Assembly: GCA_965140445.1 (NCBI GenBank)
Contig: OZ223236.1
Coordinates: 3,552,001-3,616,000 of the forward strand
Source of the DNA: Candidatus Ozemobacteraceae bacterium
GTDB taxonomy: Bacteria; Muiribacteriota; Ozemobacteria; Ozemobacterales; Ozemobacteraceae
Reading direction: 5' to 3'
DNA: 64,000 nucleotides
Under the pieces are notes generated by a model, which was not told where the DNA came from, did not search any database, and saw only the letters and a program-made list of their open reading frames with translations. This document shows positions 20,550-30,036 of the stretch, one piece after another (the first letter of the stretch is position 1; every line of letters begins with the position of its first letter). A program made the position numbers and the translations under genes.

Positions 20550-21899
20550 CTACTTTTTACCTTTTTTAACCTTAAGAGCTTTTTTGGCAAATTCATCTAA
20601 CAAGCCTTTTACTGTTGGCTCACCAATTTCCTGGAGCTCATAGCTAACTCTCATATGAGGCTTTTTAAGCTTTTTGCAAACTCTGTTAATGTCAATTGGA
20701 GTAGCAGAAACGATTAAATCGCAATCACAGGCATTAATTGTCTTTTCAAGATCAGCAACCTGCTTTTTGCCATAACCAAGTGCAGGAATCAAATCACCAA
20801 TATGTGGATACTTTTCGAGAGCTTCGAGAATAGTTCCCTTAAAATATGGTTTTGGATCAACGATTTCAGCTGCACCGTATTTCTGAGCAGCAACAATACC
20901 TGCACCAATAGTCATTTCGCCATGAGTGAGAGTTGGGCCATCTTCAATTACAACAACTCTTTTGCCCCTCATCTTACGACCATCTTTAACTGAAATAGGG
21001 CTGGCTGCTTCAATAATTTCAGCGTTAGGGTTCATATTTCTCACGTTTTCGCGAACGATATCAACGTTGTACGGCTCGGCAGAGTCAATTTTATTAATAA
21101 CAACTATGTCAGCAGTGTAAATGTTGGCTTCACCTGGATGATAAAATCTTTCATGGTCTGGTCTGTGAGGATCAGCAACAACTATTTTCAGATCTGACTG
21201 GAAGAAAGGAAGATCATTGTTTCCGCCATCCCAGATAATTACGTCAGCTTCTTTTTCTGCTTCACGAGCGATTGCTTCATAATCTACTCCAGCATAAATT
21301 ACCGCGCCCATATCGATATGTGGTTCGTATTCTTCTCTTTCTTCAATTGTGCAGTTATGCTTATCAAGATCCTTGTAATCTGCAAATCTTTGACAAATCT
21401 GCTTTTCAAGGTTTCCATAAGGCATTGGGTGTCGAATTGAAACAACCTTTAATCCCATTGCTTTAAAGGCTTTAACAACCGCTCTGGTTGTTTGTGATTT
21501 TCCGCAACCTGTTCTTACAGCACAAACTGAAACAACTGGTTTTTTACACTTGATTGCTGTCTGATCATATCCGAGAAGCTTAAAAGAAGCACCGGCGGCA
21601 ATCACACGGCTTGCATGGCTCATAACGTATTCATGAGGAACATCGCTATATGCAAAAACAACTTCCTGAACTTTATGCTTTTTGATCAAATCAAGAAGCT
21701 TTGATTCTGGTTCAATTGGAATTCCTTTTGGATAATTTTTTCCAGCCAATTTAGCAGGATAAACTCTGCCCTCAATGTCAGGAATTTGAGTGGCAGTAAA
21801 AGCTACCACGTCATAATTTTTATTGTCTCTATAGACAAGATTAAAATTGTGAAAATCTCTCCCAGCTGCGCCCATAATAATAGTTTTAATTGGTGACAT
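20550..21899 (-). CDS. Predicted P-loop GTPase, cyclic 2,3-diphosphoglycerate synthetase-like family
   Basis: IIMGAAGRDFHNFN, AVRTGCGKSQT, RHPMPYG, TIEEREEYEPHI, WDGGNND and EDGPTLTHG motifs. Start moved to MSPIK. Confidence 0.85.
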   Translation of the reverse strand: MSPIKTIIMGAAGRDFHNFNLVYRDNKNYDVVAFTATQIPDIEGRVYPAKLAGKNYPKGIPIEPESKLLDLIKKHKVQEVVFAYSDVPHEYVMSHASRVIAAGASFKLLGYDQTAIKCKKPVVSVCAVRTGCGKSQTTRAVVKAFKAMGLKVVSIRHPMPYGNLEKQICQRFADYKDLDKHNCTIEEREEYEPHIDMGAVIYAGVDYEAIAREAEKEADVIIWDGGNNDLPFFQSDLKIVVADPHRPDHERFYHPGEANIYTADIVVINKIDSAEPYNVDIVRENVRNMNPNAEIIEAASPISVKDGRKMRGKRVVVIEDGPTLTHGEMTIGAGIVAAQKYGAAEIVDPKPYFKGTILEALEKYPHIGDLIPALGYGKKQVADLEKTINACDCDLIVSATPIDINRVCKKLKKPHMRVSYELQEIGEPTVKGLLDEFAKKALKVKKGKK

Positions 21900-21971
21900 A
21901 CTTACAAACATCCTTTCCTTTTTAACTTGCTCCAATCCATACTGCACTGGAGTTAATTACATCTATATTTT

Positions 21972-22208
21972 TTAGTGACTACATGTGGAACATGAACTTG
22001 AAGAACAACTTCCACATGATGAAGAACTACCAGAATCCCCAATATTGATTTCTGTTCTATTTCCGCCCTGAGCAAAAGTAGACATTCTTTTCTTAACTTT
22101 CTTTGCTAAACAGAATTTGCACTCTATCTCCTCAAGATTTTCCTTAATTGAGCAAAGTTTGTCAAAATGTTTTTTACAATTTTCACAGAAGAATTCATAA
22201 ATTGGCAT
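21972..22208 (-). CDS. FmdB-family zinc-ribbon protein
   Basis: MPIYEFFCENC...CKFC with a C-terminal CGSCSSSSCSTC. Confidence 0.85.
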   Translation of the reverse strand: MPIYEFFCENCKKHFDKLCSIKENLEEIECKFCLAKKVKKRMSTFAQGGNRTEINIGDSGSSSSCGSCSSSSCSTCSH

Positions 22209-22439
22209 ATCTAAACTCCTTAAGTCTTAAAGCTTCACAAATTCTAAAGAATATTCCAATACTCTTGTTCTGCTTTCAAGATTTCCTAACTATTCTGTTT
22301 CTGGTTTTTTCTTATTCCCTACAATTGCGGTGATGCATATAAAACTTTCTATAGAAAGTAATTTAAAATCAATTTTATAACTTTTGGAATACTTCTTAAA
22401 GCAAAATTGGGTCACAAATATATGATCATCCTTAACAAA

Positions 22440-22502
22440 TTAGAGAAACCATTTATTGTCCCTGCGTTTTGCAATTTCATTTGTATTAAAAAACCCGGCC
22501 AT
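22440..22502 (-). CDS. Candidate 20-aa small protein or leader peptide (MAGFFNTNEIAKRRDNKWFL)
   Basis: AGGAGG SD 7 nt before the ATG; promoter-like TTGACT-18-TAGCAT at 22585-22556. Confidence 0.3.
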   Translation of the reverse strand: MAGFFNTNEIAKRRDNKWFL

Positions 22503-22606
22503 AAAATGACCTCCTGAAATAATTATGTACTTTGATTATGCAGGACAATGAATGAATGCTATCACGCGATTCACTTTGTAGTCAATATGGAGGGAACTTC
22601 CCGGCT

Positions 22607-24112
22607 TTATAAATCATATTTCTCTATTTTGGATCTCAGGGTGTTTCTCGTGATGCCTAGAAAATTGGCCGTTTGAACCTGATTTCCCTTGTGCATTTCC
22701 AATGCTCTACTCAAAAGCTTTTTTTCAACCTTTTCCATTACAAGAGAATAGCCATTGCCTTCAACCTTTTCGGAAAGAATAATATTTACAAGTTTTTCAA
22801 CAAGCTCTTCCGGGTCAGAAAAGGCTTCACCTACCCCACCAACCATCATTTGATTTTCATTTGGAATTGGTTGACTTGAGACCGTTATACTTTGAGTTTC
22901 GATAGTTTCGGAAAATTCGTTTTCATGCTTGTTCTCTGGATTTCTACCAAGTCTTACTTCAACCGGCAAGTGCTCTGGCAAAATTACCTGGTCACGGCTA
23001 AGGGTATAAGATTGTTCAATTGCATTTCGCAATTCTCTTACGTTTCCCGGCCAGGCATAGGCTGTTAAAACAGAGATAGCCTCTTCAGAAAGAGTTTTGG
23101 GAGTACCCTTTCTCTGAGCGGCAAGAATAGAACAAAAGTATCTGGAAAGAAGTGGAATATCCTCAGGTCTCTCTCTAAGTGATGGCAGAGTGATTTCGAT
23201 AACCTTTATTCTATGATAGAGATCTTCTCTAAATTTATTCGTTGAAATGGATTTTCTAAGTTCTTTATTTGTAGCGGCGATGATTCTGACATCAACTTTG
23301 ATTCTTTTATTACCGCCAACTCGAACTATTTCTCGCTCTTCTAGAACTCGAAGCAATTTTGCCTGCATTTCGAGATTCATATCACCTATTTCATCAAGGA
23401 AAATGGTTCCACCTTGAGCCAATTCAAACATTCCAGGTTTAGCTGCATTTGCACCAGTAAATGCACCTTTTTCATAACCAAACAGCTCTGATTCCATTAA
23501 GCTTTCATTAATGGCTGTACAATTTATCGCCCAGAAAGGTTTTGAGGATCGATTTGAGTTGTAGTGAATTGCCTGAGCAACCAATTCTTTACCAGAACCA
23601 GACTCGCCAGTAACCAAAACTGTAACGTCTTCAGCGGAAACCTTGCCAATAAGCTTGTAGACTTCCTGCATTGCCGCACTATTACCTTTAAGTCCACTAG
23701 TTTTAGGAGCTAAAGTAGCAAATTCGGGCTCAATTCTATTTTTTCTTGCATTCAAGCCTCTTGAAATTAAAAGCAAACATTCATCAATATTAAAAGGTTT
23801 ACTAAGAAAATCGTAAGCCCCTAATTTCATTGCATTAACAGTTGTTTCCATATCTGTATAAGCCGTCATAACAATTACTTGAGCATCGGAATCAATACTT
23901 CTGATTCTTTCAAGTACTTGCAGGCCATCCATTTCTGGCATCCTGATATCGACAAGAGTCAAATCTGGATTAAATTCTTCAAATAGCTTTAATCCTTTTG
24001 CACCGGTTTCCGCCAAACGAACTTCGTAACCGCACTTTTGCAAAGCCTTTTCAAAAGCCCATCTCACACTATGTTCATCATCAACAACCAGTATTCTTGC
24101 CTTAGCAGTCAT
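22607..24112 (-). CDS. NtrC-family sigma54-dependent response regulator (REC-AAA+-Fis HTH)
   Basis: ILVVDDE..DIRMP receiver, GESGSGKE, ESELFGYEKGAFTGA, WPGNVRELRN and GNQVQTANFLGITRNTL. Confidence 0.95.
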   Translation of the reverse strand: MTAKARILVVDDEHSVRWAFEKALQKCGYEVRLAETGAKGLKLFEEFNPDLTLVDIRMPEMDGLQVLERIRSIDSDAQVIVMTAYTDMETTVNAMKLGAYDFLSKPFNIDECLLLISRGLNARKNRIEPEFATLAPKTSGLKGNSAAMQEVYKLIGKVSAEDVTVLVTGESGSGKELVAQAIHYNSNRSSKPFWAINCTAINESLMESELFGYEKGAFTGANAAKPGMFELAQGGTIFLDEIGDMNLEMQAKLLRVLEEREIVRVGGNKRIKVDVRIIAATNKELRKSISTNKFREDLYHRIKVIEITLPSLRERPEDIPLLSRYFCSILAAQRKGTPKTLSEEAISVLTAYAWPGNVRELRNAIEQSYTLSRDQVILPEHLPVEVRLGRNPENKHENEFSETIETQSITVSSQPIPNENQMMVGGVGEAFSDPEELVEKLVNIILSEKVEGNGYSLVMEKVEKKLLSRALEMHKGNQVQTANFLGITRNTLRSKIEKYDL

Positions 24113-24127
24113 TTTAATCTCCTTAAC

Positions 24128-25069
24128 CTAACCCTTTACAACAGTCCCCTTGTTAACTCTTCTTTTTCTAGACTTAAGCGTTTCAGGATTCATTGCATCA
24201 AAAAGTTGATCCCCGTATAGAACTATTACCTTAAACTTAGTTTTTTTCTTTTCCACCAGAGCTTCAATTTTCTCTCTAACCTGCTCCCGAGTATACCTTA
24301 AAGAAAAATGGAATAATAGGAGATTCTCAACCTCAGCTGCCTCAGCGACATCAAAAACTTCATTAATTATTGAATGCTGCTGAAAATCCCTTTCATCATC
24401 TTCGTTTGCCAGGTAAGTACACTCATGACACAAAAAACCTGACTCTCTAAAATCATCAGGGTTCATAGGCCTGGCATCACCACCATATGTAAATAAAATT
24501 TTCTCATAATCTTCAGCAATTGCATCCCGGCCTTTTTCAAAAACCAATGAATTTATCTCGCTTTGGCTTTTGTTAGAGAACTCTTCTTTTAGCCTTCGTC
24601 TTGTTTCGATAACATTGTAACCAAGGCTGAGCTGTTTGTGAGAGTGCTTGGTCTTAAAGGTTTTTACAAAAATTCTACTCTTCTGATCCTCAAGTTTAAT
24701 TATCTGGCCAGCCTTTAAAGGAGTCCATTCCAGTCCAAAGGATAGCCCTGGTTGTGTTTTCCCCAAATACTCTTTTAAAATGTCGATAAGCCTGTTATTT
24801 TCGGGGTGGTAGATTTTTAAGGTAGCGGTTTGATCTCCCGCTCCAAGATTTCTTATATTTAATAAATTTACAAGGCCAGCAATATGATCTGCATGACCAT
24901 GTGAAAGAAAAATCCTTCTAATGCCAAAAACTTTATTAAACAAGCCAGTTGAAACACCCTCGCCTGCATCGAATAGAATGTTAAATCTTTTGTGGTAAAT
25001 CCAGGTGGCAAAAAGAGCCCTGGAAAACCCCTTTAACTGGTCTTGTAATGGAAACAGTGGCTGCGTCAT
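24128..25069 (-). CDS. rnz: Ribonuclease Z (tRNase Z), Thermotoga-type metallo-beta-lactamase fold
   Basis: GFSRALFATWIY...ILFDAGEGVS, SHGHADHIAGL, NIRNLGAGD, HECT and HFSLRY match T. maritima-type tRNase Z. Confidence 0.75.
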   Translation of the reverse strand: MTQPLFPLQDQLKGFSRALFATWIYHKRFNILFDAGEGVSTGLFNKVFGIRRIFLSHGHADHIAGLVNLLNIRNLGAGDQTATLKIYHPENNRLIDILKEYLGKTQPGLSFGLEWTPLKAGQIIKLEDQKSRIFVKTFKTKHSHKQLSLGYNVIETRRRLKEEFSNKSQSEINSLVFEKGRDAIAEDYEKILFTYGGDARPMNPDDFRESGFLCHECTYLANEDDERDFQQHSIINEVFDVAEAAEVENLLLFHFSLRYTREQVREKIEALVEKKKTKFKVIVLYGDQLFDAMNPETLKSRKRRVNKGTVVKG

Positions 25070-25223
25070 TAGTATTCCTTAGGAGATTGATAAAAAGCTT
25101 TGTTTTTTCGCAGCCAATTTACCATAAATGGGTCAAAAGTTACAATTAAATATGGTTTTTCGTCTTTACCTTGCTCCTCTTTTTATGGTAGTTTCAATGA
25201 AACAGATTGAAGGAGATGGATTC

Positions 25224-25670
25224 TTGACTAGCCAAAACTTAAAAGATCAGATTGAAATCCGTTTAAAGAAATATATACATAGATTTATTAGATATTCAGG
25301 TTTTTCTCACCTTTCCGACGAAAGAAAAGAATTGGTCGCAGGAACTCTTGCATACCTGATTGATGACAATGATTTGATTCCAGACGATGTTCCAAATATT
25401 GGTTACCTTGATGATCTAATGGTATTCGTAGAAGCTGCAAAGCATTTCATTTCAACCGGGTCTCCAATTGCTGGCGTTTGCAACGCTGATGAAGTAATGA
25501 GTGATTTTAAATTTGTTCAAAAAAATATGGGCTTGATGTTTGGAGATCAGCATTTTTCATTGGACACAATCAGAAAACTCGGAAAAAAACACGTGGAGCA
25601 GCTACACGAATTAGCTCAACAGATAAAAGAAAAATACCAATGCCTTGGAGATCTTGAAAATGAAGAATAA
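25224..25670 (+). CDS. YkvA/DUF1232-family protein
   Basis: LAYLIDDNDLIPDDVPNIGYLDDL motif; probable TTG start at 25224 after AGGAGA. Confidence 0.75.
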   Translation: MTSQNLKDQIEIRLKKYIHRFIRYSGFSHLSDERKELVAGTLAYLIDDNDLIPDDVPNIGYLDDLMVFVEAAKHFISTGSPIAGVCNADEVMSDFKFVQKNMGLMFGDQHFSLDTIRKLGKKHVEQLHELAQQIKEKYQCLGDLENEE

Positions 25671-26304
25671 ACTCGCTTTATTAACTTTGTTAATTGTTTT
25701 TTCAGTATTTTGTTCAACCTCATTTGCCTCAGAAATATTTACATCTGTAGATGAAATCCTGGCAAACCCATCCAATTTTGCGAACAAATTTGTGTCCGTA
25801 AAAGGCAACTATACCGGATGGAAAAACGGAACGGGAAGACCACCAGTAACAAGATCTGACTGGGTCATATCTGGAAAATCAAAAGGAATCTACTGCACAG
25901 GTATTTTGCCTCAAAACATGAATCCAGTCGGTCAAACCAAACCAATTTGTGTCCTGGCTATTGTTAAAATGGGTGAAAATAATGTTCCCTATCTTGAAGT
26001 AAAAGAAATTAAGAAATTGAAGGTTAAACTTGAAAAAATGATGTCTGTTGCCCAGATTCTATTTGACCCGATTAATTCTAAAGGGCAATATGTTGGCCTT
26101 CTTGGAGTTTTGGCAAAAGGGCATGGAGTTAAAGGGGATAGAATGTATCTTCTTGCAGATCCAACAGGAGCAATAAAACTCGGAAGACTTCCAAAACTTT
26201 TCCCAAAAGGAACTATCCTACACCTTAAAGGCATTGTGTCTTCAGATAAAAATGGTCTGCCATTTATTGATGAAGTAGAAATAGTTTCAGCCAGAGTAGA
26301 CTAA
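25660..26304 (+). CDS. Exported protein with two internally repeated OB-fold-like domains
   Basis: Signal peptide from the ATG at 25660. Two similar halves: SVDEILANP..NKFVSVKG...PYLEVKEI and SVAQILFDP..GQYVGLLG...PFIDEVEI. Confidence 0.6.
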   Translation: MKNKLALLTLLIVFSVFCSTSFASEIFTSVDEILANPSNFANKFVSVKGNYTGWKNGTGRPPVTRSDWVISGKSKGIYCTGILPQNMNPVGQTKPICVLAIVKMGENNVPYLEVKEIKKLKVKLEKMMSVAQILFDPINSKGQYVGLLGVLAKGHGVKGDRMYLLADPTGAIKLGRLPKLFPKGTILHLKGIVSSDKNGLPFIDEVEIVSARVD

Positions 26305-26326
26305 ATAAACTAATAGTTCTAATTAG

Positions 26327-26360
26327 AAGTGGGTTTCAATCTTTTGAAGCCCACTTTTTT
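26327..26360 (+). terminator. Intrinsic terminator
   Basis: AAGTGGGTTTCAA-TCTT-TTGAAGCCCACTT followed by a T-tract. Confidence 0.8.
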
Positions 26361-26643
26361 ATTGTACATTTTCTAAAAAACATCTGACAAAACTAAAATT
26401 TCAAACCTAAAATATAACAACCAGCAAGTCTTCGTATTGGAAATACTTCATTTGCACAAACGGAGCCACAGCAAACCTCTAACAAGCTATTAACTATTGT
26501 CACTCAGCTCTCTGGAAGATATAAAAAAATCAGGTATAAAAAAAACACCAACGCCAAAGAAAGCTTAAAAGAGGAATCCAATTTGTAGGGAAATTTAAAT
26601 AAGAATCAAAGCTTTAAGATTTCCTTGCAGTCAAACCCACAAA

Positions 26644-27438
26644 TTAAGGGTTTACTGGAGGACAAACGGTTTCTTCAGCTTTTTTCTTCCTGACTAAATC
26701 CAAAAACTTATTGAAGAAAAAGAAGAATAAGCCATAAAGAGCAAATCCCCAGGTAAGAAAGAAGAGAGTCATTGGTGGAATAATAACCAAAGCAATCAAA
26801 AGAGCCAAAACAACCATCTTTCTCTTTCCATCGGTCTTCTTAGTCTTCTTCATTGCCGGGTATTCAACCTTGCTTACCATTAAAAGAGAAGTAACTATAA
26901 CCACAACTGGTATAACCGCATTGGGAATCTTAAGAAAATTGAAAAACTGAAGTTCAAAAATGGTTAAAGTACTCAATATCCCTGCCCCTGCGGGTATTGG
27001 TAAGCCTTCAAAAACATCTCGCCTTGCAGAAGGGGTTACGTTAAACCTTGCTAATCTTAAAGCCCCGCAAAGCACGAAAATAGAAGAAACAACGATTCCA
27101 AATACCTTGTCCGCAGAAAGATACCTTTGGTAAACGAGAAAAGCTGGGGCTACACCAAAACTTACCAGATCTGCCAATGAATCAAGCTCAGCACCAAACT
27201 GAGAAGAAACAGAGGTGAGTCTGGCTATTCGCCCATCAAGAATGTCAAAAATGTTAGCAACCAGTATCAACCAGCCTGCTACCAGAAATTCACCCTGAGA
27301 TGTCATTATGATAGCAAGATAGCCACAAAAAAGGTTCATAGAGGTGCACGCATTTGGTAAAATAGACAAATGCTTTCTATTAAACCTCTTCTTTAAAGGA
27401 GTTTTTCCTTCTTTTTCTGAAATATTCTCTTCTGCCAT
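26644..27438 (-). CDS. pssA: CDP-diacylglycerol--serine O-phosphatidyltransferase
   Basis: DILDGRIAR...GAELDSLADLVSFGVAPA and LRLARFN motifs; adjacent to psd. Confidence 0.93.
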   Translation of the reverse strand: MAEENISEKEGKTPLKKRFNRKHLSILPNACTSMNLFCGYLAIIMTSQGEFLVAGWLILVANIFDILDGRIARLTSVSSQFGAELDSLADLVSFGVAPAFLVYQRYLSADKVFGIVVSSIFVLCGALRLARFNVTPSARRDVFEGLPIPAGAGILSTLTIFELQFFNFLKIPNAVIPVVVIVTSLLMVSKVEYPAMKKTKKTDGKRKMVVLALLIALVIIPPMTLFFLTWGFALYGLFFFFFNKFLDLVRKKKAEETVCPPVNP

Positions 27439-28070
27439 TATGATCTACGTGCAATAACAGTAGAACCGCCCTGCACTCTTTGTCCTAGTTTAACTTCTAT
27501 TTTTGTCTCTAAAGGAAGATAAAGATCAGTTCTTGAACCAAAACGAATTAGTCCAAATCTTTCGCCTCTGGCTAAGGATTCTCCAGGATTTTTCCAACAC
27601 AAAATTCTTCTGGCAATTAAGCCTGCAATTTGCTTTACAACAATTCTGTATCCGTCAGAATCTTCAATTCCTATAGCATTTTGCTCATTCTTTACAGAAG
27701 CTTTAGGCTCGAAAGCCGGTAAAAATTCACCAGGCGCATAATGCCGATATTCAATTTTACCTTTAATAGGTGCTCGGTTTATATGAACATCAAAAATAGA
27801 AAGAAAGATACTAACTCTTTTGGCAGGCCCATCAATGAAAGGAACATGCTCGACAGAATCTATTCCAACAACTTTTCCATCGGCAGGAGAAACCACAAGG
27901 CTCTCACCTTTAGGGATTTCCCTTTCTGGATCTCTAAAGAAATAACAGGTAAATGCTCCGGCAAGATAAAAAAAGCGACCTAGCCATTTTGAAAAACGGG
28001 ATGTCAAAAAGCCAAGGGCAAACATAGATCCCCCGAAAAAAAAGCCTTCTTTGTGGATAGGGCTTCTCAT
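27438..28070 (-). CDS. psd: Phosphatidylserine decarboxylase proenzyme
   Basis: FFRDPER, SPADGKV, IFLSIFDVHINRAP, QIAGLIARRI and RFGS cleavage motif; ATG at 28070 after GAAGGAG. Confidence 0.93.
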   Translation of the reverse strand: MRSPIHKEGFFFGGSMFALGFLTSRFSKWLGRFFYLAGAFTCYFFRDPEREIPKGESLVVSPADGKVVGIDSVEHVPFIDGPAKRVSIFLSIFDVHINRAPIKGKIEYRHYAPGEFLPAFEPKASVKNEQNAIGIEDSDGYRIVVKQIAGLIARRILCWKNPGESLARGERFGLIRFGSRTDLYLPLETKIEVKLGQRVQGGSTVIARRS

Positions 28071-28102
28071 AAAAATGGCTCCTTCAATCATTGATTTTGG
28101 CC

Positions 28103-28132
28103 ATTATAATGCTGTTTTAAAGGTCATGTCAA
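28103..28132 (-). promoter_or_regulatory. sigma70-type promoter for psd-pssA
   Basis: Minus strand TTGACA-18 nt-TATAAT. Confidence 0.75.
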
Positions 28133-28166
28133 GCTATGCAGACAAGTAATTCGCCATTTAAAACAA

Positions 28167-29960
28167 TTAGTTTAAAGAATTTAAGAATGCCAATAACTCG
28201 TTCCATAAACTCTGCTTACAAAAGTCATAACTGGAATACGGGATTGGGGCGTTATCAAGATAGTTAAGCTGGTAACTATTTGAAGCAGGGAAAGAAATTG
28301 ATAAACCGTTTGTATCGGGAAGATACTTTTCCGAAAAATAGTTTTTTACAATTAATTTTGGAAAATAGTTCAGAAGAAGATCTGTTTGAATTTTTATTGA
28401 TGGCAAAACGTTTCGACTTTCAAGCAATAAATCTTTTAAATCTCGATAATCCGCGTTTTCAAAAGCTTGAATTACATATGATGAAGTGCCTTCAGAATTT
28501 GTTTCAACAGAATCTCTAAGGTTTTTTAAAATTATCCCAAGAGTTTCTTTATCTGCATAAAGGGCGTTTAAATAAGTATTAAAAGCAGCAAAAAAGCCTG
28601 GGAATTGAGCATTTTCGATAACTGACACACACACAGTATTTTCGGAAATTGTTTGCAAGAATTCATTTTTGTAAGCCTCAGCCGAAACAAATGCAAAATC
28701 CTTTCCTGTCATATTTTCTAAGGGGAAGCTTTTCACTGATTTAAAAATTCTATCCAAAGGAAAACCAATAGATGGAACTCTGCCCTGCGAGAAAACAGTG
28801 TATTCTGCAACATCTTTAAATTCCCAACCGATTTCAACTAAGCCCATAAAGCAGGCGTCAAGCACAAGAGCCTGCAACGGCCGGTATGCTCCATCAAAAG
28901 TTTGATTAGCACCCTTTAACCAGGTGGCAATAGCCAAAGGATTTCCAGTGCTCTCAGCTGACTGATCGGATATTAAACTTTTGCGTAGAGAGCTGGAGTT
29001 AGCCTTCCAACCATCGGCATGAGAACTGATCGTTAAAGAATAATTTTTTGCAGGAAAAGCTCTCTTTGCCCAGCTCACAAGATCAGCAATATATCTAGGA
29101 TCAGATGAATCTACAAGTCCGACTGAAGCAAGTTCAACAAGCTTTCCATCCTTGATAAGATAGCGTTTCATACCTTCCATTCTGAAATCAGCCTGAACCA
29201 GAATAACTGCCTTTTCGAGATTTCCCTCTTGAACCAGATCGTTTAAATTAGCTGTTATATAAGGTGAAAGGTCATTATCTCCAGCAAGGTAGTAAAGAAA
29301 AACCCAATTATAAGGGTATGCACCGCTCTCCCCAGCTTTTAACAATTCACTCATCGAAGCATAAGCAGATTTTATTTCGCTGACCTGGTCCAAGGATGTT
29401 CCAGACAATTTTTCCGGGTGTTTTTCCAAAACTTGAGCAATCGCTTCTGCAGTGGAATTAATGTGCTCAGTTCCAAGTGCCTGCGGATTAATTCTTATGC
29501 CATATTTATCGCGCATACAACGGGCTATCAAAGCCCTGGCGGTTGAATAAATATCAATTGAAATTATTTTTTCACCGTATAGAAGGTTAGAATCAGCACC
29601 CATGTATTCGAGTATCAAACCAGGATGAGCCGTATCCTTGCAGAATAGAACGAACTGGTCACGTATGGTTATCGGCGATATGGTGAAAGAGCCATCCTCA
29701 GAAACCGAAGTTTCGCTGCCAGAATCATCCTGAATTGTTATCTTGTATTTTGAGTGATCCACCAGTGAAGAACGTAATCCGCCGAGATCAGGATGAACTG
29801 CAACGTTTGCCAGGTTAATATTACCAGATATCTTCAAATCTGTTGGGTAAGGAATAGGGTAAACTATCGTTGGAGAAGATTCTCCAGAGCATCCAATAAA
29901 AGATACAAGACAAACAATCAGCAAAAATATGTTTACCGGGATTTTAAATTTTTGTAACAA
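28167..29960 (-). CDS. Lipoprotein with a C-terminal clostripain-like (peptidase C11) domain
   Basis: Lipobox FIGC; YLAGDNDL, FPAKNYSLTISSHADGW, LDACFMG and GLSISFP motifs. Confidence 0.75.
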   Translation of the reverse strand: MLQKFKIPVNIFLLIVCLVSFIGCSGESSPTIVYPIPYPTDLKISGNINLANVAVHPDLGGLRSSLVDHSKYKITIQDDSGSETSVSEDGSFTISPITIRDQFVLFCKDTAHPGLILEYMGADSNLLYGEKIISIDIYSTARALIARCMRDKYGIRINPQALGTEHINSTAEAIAQVLEKHPEKLSGTSLDQVSEIKSAYASMSELLKAGESGAYPYNWVFLYYLAGDNDLSPYITANLNDLVQEGNLEKAVILVQADFRMEGMKRYLIKDGKLVELASVGLVDSSDPRYIADLVSWAKRAFPAKNYSLTISSHADGWKANSSSLRKSLISDQSAESTGNPLAIATWLKGANQTFDGAYRPLQALVLDACFMGLVEIGWEFKDVAEYTVFSQGRVPSIGFPLDRIFKSVKSFPLENMTGKDFAFVSAEAYKNEFLQTISENTVCVSVIENAQFPGFFAAFNTYLNALYADKETLGIILKNLRDSVETNSEGTSSYVIQAFENADYRDLKDLLLESRNVLPSIKIQTDLLLNYFPKLIVKNYFSEKYLPDTNGLSISFPASNSYQLNYLDNAPIPYSSYDFCKQSLWNELLAFLNSLN

Positions 29961-29972
29961 AATAACTCCAAT

Positions 29973-30006
29973 AAAAAAGCTGCCAGTAGATTGTACCGAC
30001 AGCTTT
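29973..30006 (-). terminator. Intrinsic terminator after serS
   Basis: Minus strand AAAGCTGTCGGTA-CAATC-TACTGGCAGCTTT followed by TTT. Confidence 0.65.
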
Positions 30007-30036
30007 CAAATTTTTCAATGGCTAAAGAAAAACAGT

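Noticed and set aside
26361..26643. 280-bp gap between convergent genes as a tRNA or ncRNA
   Set aside because: No cloverleaf, stable hairpin set or promoter-terminator pair was recognised.
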